Below are positions 47,427 to 51,348 of a DNA stretch of 51,348 nucleotides, one piece after another. The DNA is from Promethearchaeati archaeon (GTDB lineage: Archaea; Asgardarchaeota; Heimdallarchaeia; Heimdallarchaeales; Heimdallarchaeaceae): assembly GCA_013166775.1 (NCBI GenBank), contig JABLTJ010000026.1:1-51348 (forward strand), read 5' to 3'. Position 1 is the first letter of the stretch; each line of letters starts with the position of its first letter. The position numbers were made by a program, and so were the translations under genes. The notes under the pieces are model-generated. The model was not told the origin of the DNA, did not search any database, and worked only from the letters and a program-made list of their open reading frames with translations.

Positions 47427-47678
47427 TCAGAACATTGTTACGAAATTGGTCAGTTTTACCTGCTTCATCTTTTTTTCTGATGGTTTTTTAGGTTTTTTTT
47501 CTTCTCTCAATTTCCTTAGATACCATTCTTTTATCTTGAAATCAGATCCAACAGCGTTTTTAGGAATCCATATAGGCTCTGAAAGTATTTTAGATATTAT
47601 CCCATAATAGGAATTTCTTGTTTCAGCTATAAGATAATCCAAAATATGTTCAGAAAATTCTTCTTCGCTTTCATCCAT
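47427..47678 (-). CDS. Small hypothetical protein with C-terminal PIP-box-like motif
   Basis: 83 aa; Lys-rich linker then 'KQVKLTNFV'. Confidence 0.6.
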   Translation of the reverse strand: MDESEEEFSEHILDYLIAETRNSYYGIISKILSEPIWIPKNAVGSDFKIKEWYLRKLREEKKPKKPSEKKMKQVKLTNFVTMF

Positions 47679-47814
47679 TTTCCATTTTGTTGAACAAAAG
47701 TATTTAAACTCAACAAAAAAGCAAATTAAACTATGATTCCTAAAAATATCATTAATGTAGTATAAACCGGAAAATACATTCTTTTTTATTAGCTTAGCTT
47801 TTGATAGTACTTCA

Positions 47815-48090
47815 ATGAAAATGAGTTATGAAGAAGAAACTGTTTTCATTAATCAATTTGGGGTTCCATTCCGAAAATGTGAAATTATGGAATGTACTTG
47901 GAATGCAGATTGTAATGAAGTTTCCGCAGGGGGGATAATGTCAGGAGAAATAAGCAGCCCTTCTTTTGAGGGGAGAGTATGCAATTGTTTGCCAGAGAAT
48001 CCTATAGCTGTTTTAGAAGCGGCAAAAGTAAGATGTTATCCTGAAAAAGGTGGAATAAATCTAAGCAGGATAAAAAGCACAGGGAGATAG
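47815..48090 (+). CDS. Small Cys-rich hypothetical protein
   Basis: Six Cys in 91 aa (Cx4Cx4C...CxC...C). Confidence 0.6.
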   Translation: MKMSYEEETVFINQFGVPFRKCEIMECTWNADCNEVSAGGIMSGEISSPSFEGRVCNCLPENPIAVLEAAKVRCYPEKGGINLSRIKSTGR

Positions 48091-48155
48091 ATTCTTCATC
48101 TTGAGAATAACTAATGAGGAACTTTCTTTTTCAGTTTTGATATAATCAGCTGCCC

Positions 48156-48416
48156 TCATCTATTCTCTCTGACCTTTTCCTTTCTTATTTTGTAGATTAT
48201 AATGTAGTAAATTAGAGAAAATAAGAAAACGGAAAGCGAAACAATTCCAAGAGCTAAAGGCCAAATGATTTCACCAGCATGCCCTACCATGAACATCAAT
48301 AGATGAAAGAAGAAGAAGATTATAGAACCAATAAAACTTAAACCTAATACTAAAGAACTAATAATTGACCTCAACTGTAATGCTTTATCTGATTTTTCTC
48401 GTTGTCTATTAAGCAT
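48156..48416 (-). CDS. Small 2-TM membrane protein
   Basis: Two hydrophobic helices, GAGGT SD, basic ends. Confidence 0.65.
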   Translation of the reverse strand: MLNRQREKSDKALQLRSIISSLVLGLSFIGSIIFFFFHLLMFMVGHAGEIIWPLALGIVSLSVFLFSLIYYIIIYKIRKEKVRENR

Positions 48417-48474
48417 AACAACGAACCTCTAATATTAAGAATAACGAGGGAATAATAAGAATATCGTAATATAA

Positions 48475-48516
48475 TGGAGCGGAGTGGGTGATTTGAACAC
48501 TCGTCAAGAGTTTTGC
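48475..48516 (-). other. Orphan 3' half of tRNA-Cys(GCA); probable att-site remnant
   Basis: Minus strand GCA AA ACTCT TGAC GAGTG TTCAAAT CACCC ACTCCGC T CCA: anticodon to CCA with U73; no matching 5' half upstream. Confidence 0.7.
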
Positions 48517-48583
48517 TATTCTACAACCATCAATTTAGATTTTTTCAGAAAAGTTTATTGATTTAAGAATTAAAGTTGAGAGT

Positions 48584-49972
48584 ATGGTTAATGATTTCAG
48601 AATGGTCAGCTCTTTGGCTAATATTCACAAATTGGACATGGATTATACAATTAATTTGGCAACTATGAATAATGCAAATTTTGAGATTATATCAAGAATC
48701 ATACCAAAAAGAGCTGAGAAAATTTATGTGCTTCCCCTTTTTTTCATGCCAAGGAGGGAAAGGAGAGGATTGCATATTGATAAATTTAACAAACTTAATA
48801 TCTTCATAGGTAACAATCAACCTTGTATTCCACTAGATAATAATACTAACGAACGTATAGCTGTGAAATATATAGTGTATTCACTTTTGAACGAATGCAA
48901 AACCAATAATAATGAAAAAGGTTTTTCTGAGATACTAAATAAGTTTGTAGGAACAAAGAAGAAATTTGGTATTAATAGTAATATACAATCTATTATAAAT
49001 TCTAACTTTGACGGTAGTTTTTTTACTGAAGAAAGCTATTCATCATGGTATGAAAAGCCCTATGGAACTGATTTTCGTTTATATTACAGGTACTATGAGG
49101 AATTTTATCTAGGAAGACTCTCCAGTGAACTAACATCTGTATTTGATGAAATACAATTAGATAACAGTTGGGGAGTGTTTCTTGCGAATTTTCTAGAGTA
49201 TAGATTACAGTTTGTATATATACCAGATGAATACAATGAAGAAGATATATACGCATTAAGAACTACATATAATCAGAATTTAGACTATAGCCGTAAAACA
49301 TTTAGGAAATTTGAGAACTATTTACAACTTCCTCCTTTTCCTATTATGCCTTTTCAAGACATACATGAGGATAATCTCCAGATTAGAGTAGATCCTCCAG
49401 AAGGTGTGAAGTTTCATTTTCAAGGCGAAGAGATAGTGAGAAAGAGAGAGAAGAAAGAAGATAGAGATCCCTATGCTGGTTTGAAGATAGATGAATCGAA
49501 ACATAAAACTTATTCTGTAACTCATAAAAGGCGAGGAGATTCTGAAAAACATAGCAAGCGAAATATTACTACTTCCAAGAAAAGTAATGATTGGTCAACA
49601 TCTCATTATGAATTTATAATATTCCATCATCCAGAAATTCAAAGAGATAAGGAGATCATTATGAGACCAAACGCACTTCTCAGATATAAAGCAAAATTCT
49701 CACCTTTGTTAATTACTTATACTATAATATTATTAATTTCTACCTTTGGAATAGCACTTGAAATTTATAATCTTGTAAAAGACAATAGAATTTCAGTTGA
49801 AGTGGATTTTACATTAGTACTTTTTATTATAGGAGCATCTATAGGGTTAATTCAAGATTATAACAACAAGAAAAGTATTCAGCAATTTATTCTAGCACCA
49901 ATATTCTATCTTCAAATTTTCATTGTTATAATCCTATTCATCGTAATAATAATTACGAACTTCTTAAAGTAA
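48584..49972 (+). CDS. Hypothetical protein with three C-terminal TM helices
   Basis: 462-aa AT-rich ORF with a hydrophobic C-terminus. Confidence 0.7.
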   Translation: MVNDFRMVSSLANIHKLDMDYTINLATMNNANFEIISRIIPKRAEKIYVLPLFFMPRRERRGLHIDKFNKLNIFIGNNQPCIPLDNNTNERIAVKYIVYSLLNECKTNNNEKGFSEILNKFVGTKKKFGINSNIQSIINSNFDGSFFTEESYSSWYEKPYGTDFRLYYRYYEEFYLGRLSSELTSVFDEIQLDNSWGVFLANFLEYRLQFVYIPDEYNEEDIYALRTTYNQNLDYSRKTFRKFENYLQLPPFPIMPFQDIHEDNLQIRVDPPEGVKFHFQGEEIVRKREKKEDRDPYAGLKIDESKHKTYSVTHKRRGDSEKHSKRNITTSKKSNDWSTSHYEFIIFHHPEIQRDKEIIMRPNALLRYKAKFSPLLITYTIILLISTFGIALEIYNLVKDNRISVEVDFTLVLFIIGASIGLIQDYNNKKSIQQFILAPIFYLQIFIVIILFIVIIITNFLK

Positions 49973-50052
49973 AAAGAATCGTCAAGGATTGAAAAGATAA
50001 ATCAGAAATAGCACAAATGCTTAAAACATTATACTCTAAATTCTAAAAGAAT

Positions 50053-50280
50053 ATGTCTAATAAAGAATATATTGTTTGGAAGGGAACATGGAGACACAGG
50101 GTTCTTGAAAAATTAGAAAAAGAATCTATTGCTACTATTAATTCAATCTTAGACCATATTAAAAGAGCTATTGATTATATTGAGGGACTACTTAAGAAAA
50201 GAATAGATGAAGAATCAATTGAAATTGCAAAACAAGCAAACAAAAAGGCAAAAAAGTCTAACATTAGTTGCTTTAGTTGA
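50053..50280 (+). CDS. Small hypothetical protein
   Basis: 75-aa helical ORF, co-oriented with neighbours. Confidence 0.45.
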   Translation: MSNKEYIVWKGTWRHRVLEKLEKESIATINSILDHIKRAIDYIEGLLKKRIDEESIEIAKQANKKAKKSNISCFS

Positions 50281-50410
50281 AGTTTTTGCCTGATATGAAT
50301 TCACAATTCTTTTATCATTTTATTTAACCTTCATATTAGATAAATTAAATGCACAACAATTGTCACACGAATCCTTAAAAGCACTTAAAATTCTACTTTA
50401 GTTTGATATA

Positions 50411-50965
50411 ATGAAAAAAGAGGATAGAGAGGATTTAATTAATAAAATTGATAGTTTCATTAATCGTTTAAAAAACATGAAAAGATATCAATATGGTCGA
50501 TGGGAGGAGTTTGATGAATTAAAGGATGAAATTGAGATTTTTCAAAGAAGACAAATACCAAAAATTATGCTTTTTGATCTATCTTATCCTTCTGAAGAAA
50601 AAAAGGATGAGGATTTTGAAGAACTTGATGAGGAGGAGGTTCTTGATTTGTTTCTAGATGACGTTGAATATTATTTAGCTAAGCTTACAAAGCAAAAAAA
50701 AGAAATCAAGGAATACGGTTTACCTATTAGTATTATAAAAGAAAAGACACCTCAGAAAATTGAGAAGAAGAAGGAAGAAACACAACCAAAAAGAGAAGAA
50801 ATCACAGAAAAAAATGGGACGGTTCGTTATTTCTTAACTAATATAGCTTGTTCTAGAGAAGAAAGAGATTTCTTCATAAGAGGAGTTATTATGGGGATTT
50901 TATATATTGGTATTCCGTTGTTTGCAACTATGATTTCTTTGATTATAGCTCTCATAGTAAAATAG
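50411..50965 (+). CDS. Hypothetical tail-anchored protein
   Basis: Charged helical N-domain with a single C-terminal TM. Confidence 0.65.
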   Translation: MKKEDREDLINKIDSFINRLKNMKRYQYGRWEEFDELKDEIEIFQRRQIPKIMLFDLSYPSEEKKDEDFEELDEEEVLDLFLDDVEYYLAKLTKQKKEIKEYGLPISIIKEKTPQKIEKKKEETQPKREEITEKNGTVRYFLTNIACSREERDFFIRGVIMGILYIGIPLFATMISLIIALIVK

Positions 50966-51118
50966 TATGAATTTGAGAATTCAATAGTGAAGCTAGCGAA
51001 TTAAAGAAAAGAAATTTGAGATAAATGTTGATGTTTTTCTAAGCTTCATGGATGCTAGCTTCAGTTAATTAAATTAAAGAACATATTTAACATCCACAAA
51101 AAAAATTCTTCTCGTCCC

Positions 51119-51301
51119 CTAACTGAAAATTTCCCAGAATTGTCCTTGAGACCAACCAATTAAATCCCAGATTAAAACAAATATTATAGCAAAGATAAAA
51201 ACTGCTATACCAATAAGTAGAATCTCCTCTAAAATGGGACTACCTTTTCTATTTTTTATCAAGAAATACTTCAGTAAATCAAAGACTAACATAGCTTTCA
51301 T
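51119..51301 (-). CDS. Minimal type IV pilin-like protein (class III signal peptide)
   Basis: 'KNRKG|SPILEEILLIGIAVFIFAIIF': basic residues, Gly at -1, Glu at +5, hydrophobic helix. Confidence 0.7.
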   Translation of the reverse strand: MKAMLVFDLLKYFLIKNRKGSPILEEILLIGIAVFIFAIIFVLIWDLIGWSQGQFWEIFS

Positions 51302-51348
51302 AATAATAACAAACCTATCTATTTAAACCCAACAAGATCAGTATGATA

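Noticed and set aside
1-51348. CRISPR arrays, transposases, integrases, rRNA
   Set aside because: None recognisable by eye; no regularly spaced repeats seen.

Overview
AT-rich archaeal chromosomal segment, most likely from an Asgard archaeon (Heimdallarchaeia-like). The archaeal assignment rests on Spt5, Sec61-gamma, uL11, eL37, Sm, Rpp21, Nep1, ZPR1, form III-type RuBisCO with R15P isomerase and BHB-intron tRNAs. The Asgard assignment is an inference from a roadblock and a uDENN/longin-like protein. The window holds about 50 CDS, seven intact tRNA genes (two intron-containing) and an orphan 3' half of tRNA-Cys that borders a small accessory island. The most striking signal is a bacterial-type fatty-acyl toolkit: a motif-intact PlsY acyl-phosphate:glycerol-3-phosphate acyltransferase clustered with a DegV/FakB fatty-acid carrier, a FadH-like reductase fused to an SCP2 lipid-binding domain, and LipB-LipA. 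These share the window with archaeal mevalonate (isoprenoid) pathway genes. Other candidates for novelty are two tandem paralogous multi-pass surface glycoproteins behind a uDENN/longin-like gene, a cytoplasmic helical-solenoid+Ig+coiled-coil protein, a tRNA-Glu intron antisense to its own anticodon arm, and a small orphan protein with a PIP box. All calls are by eye from motifs; no searches were run.
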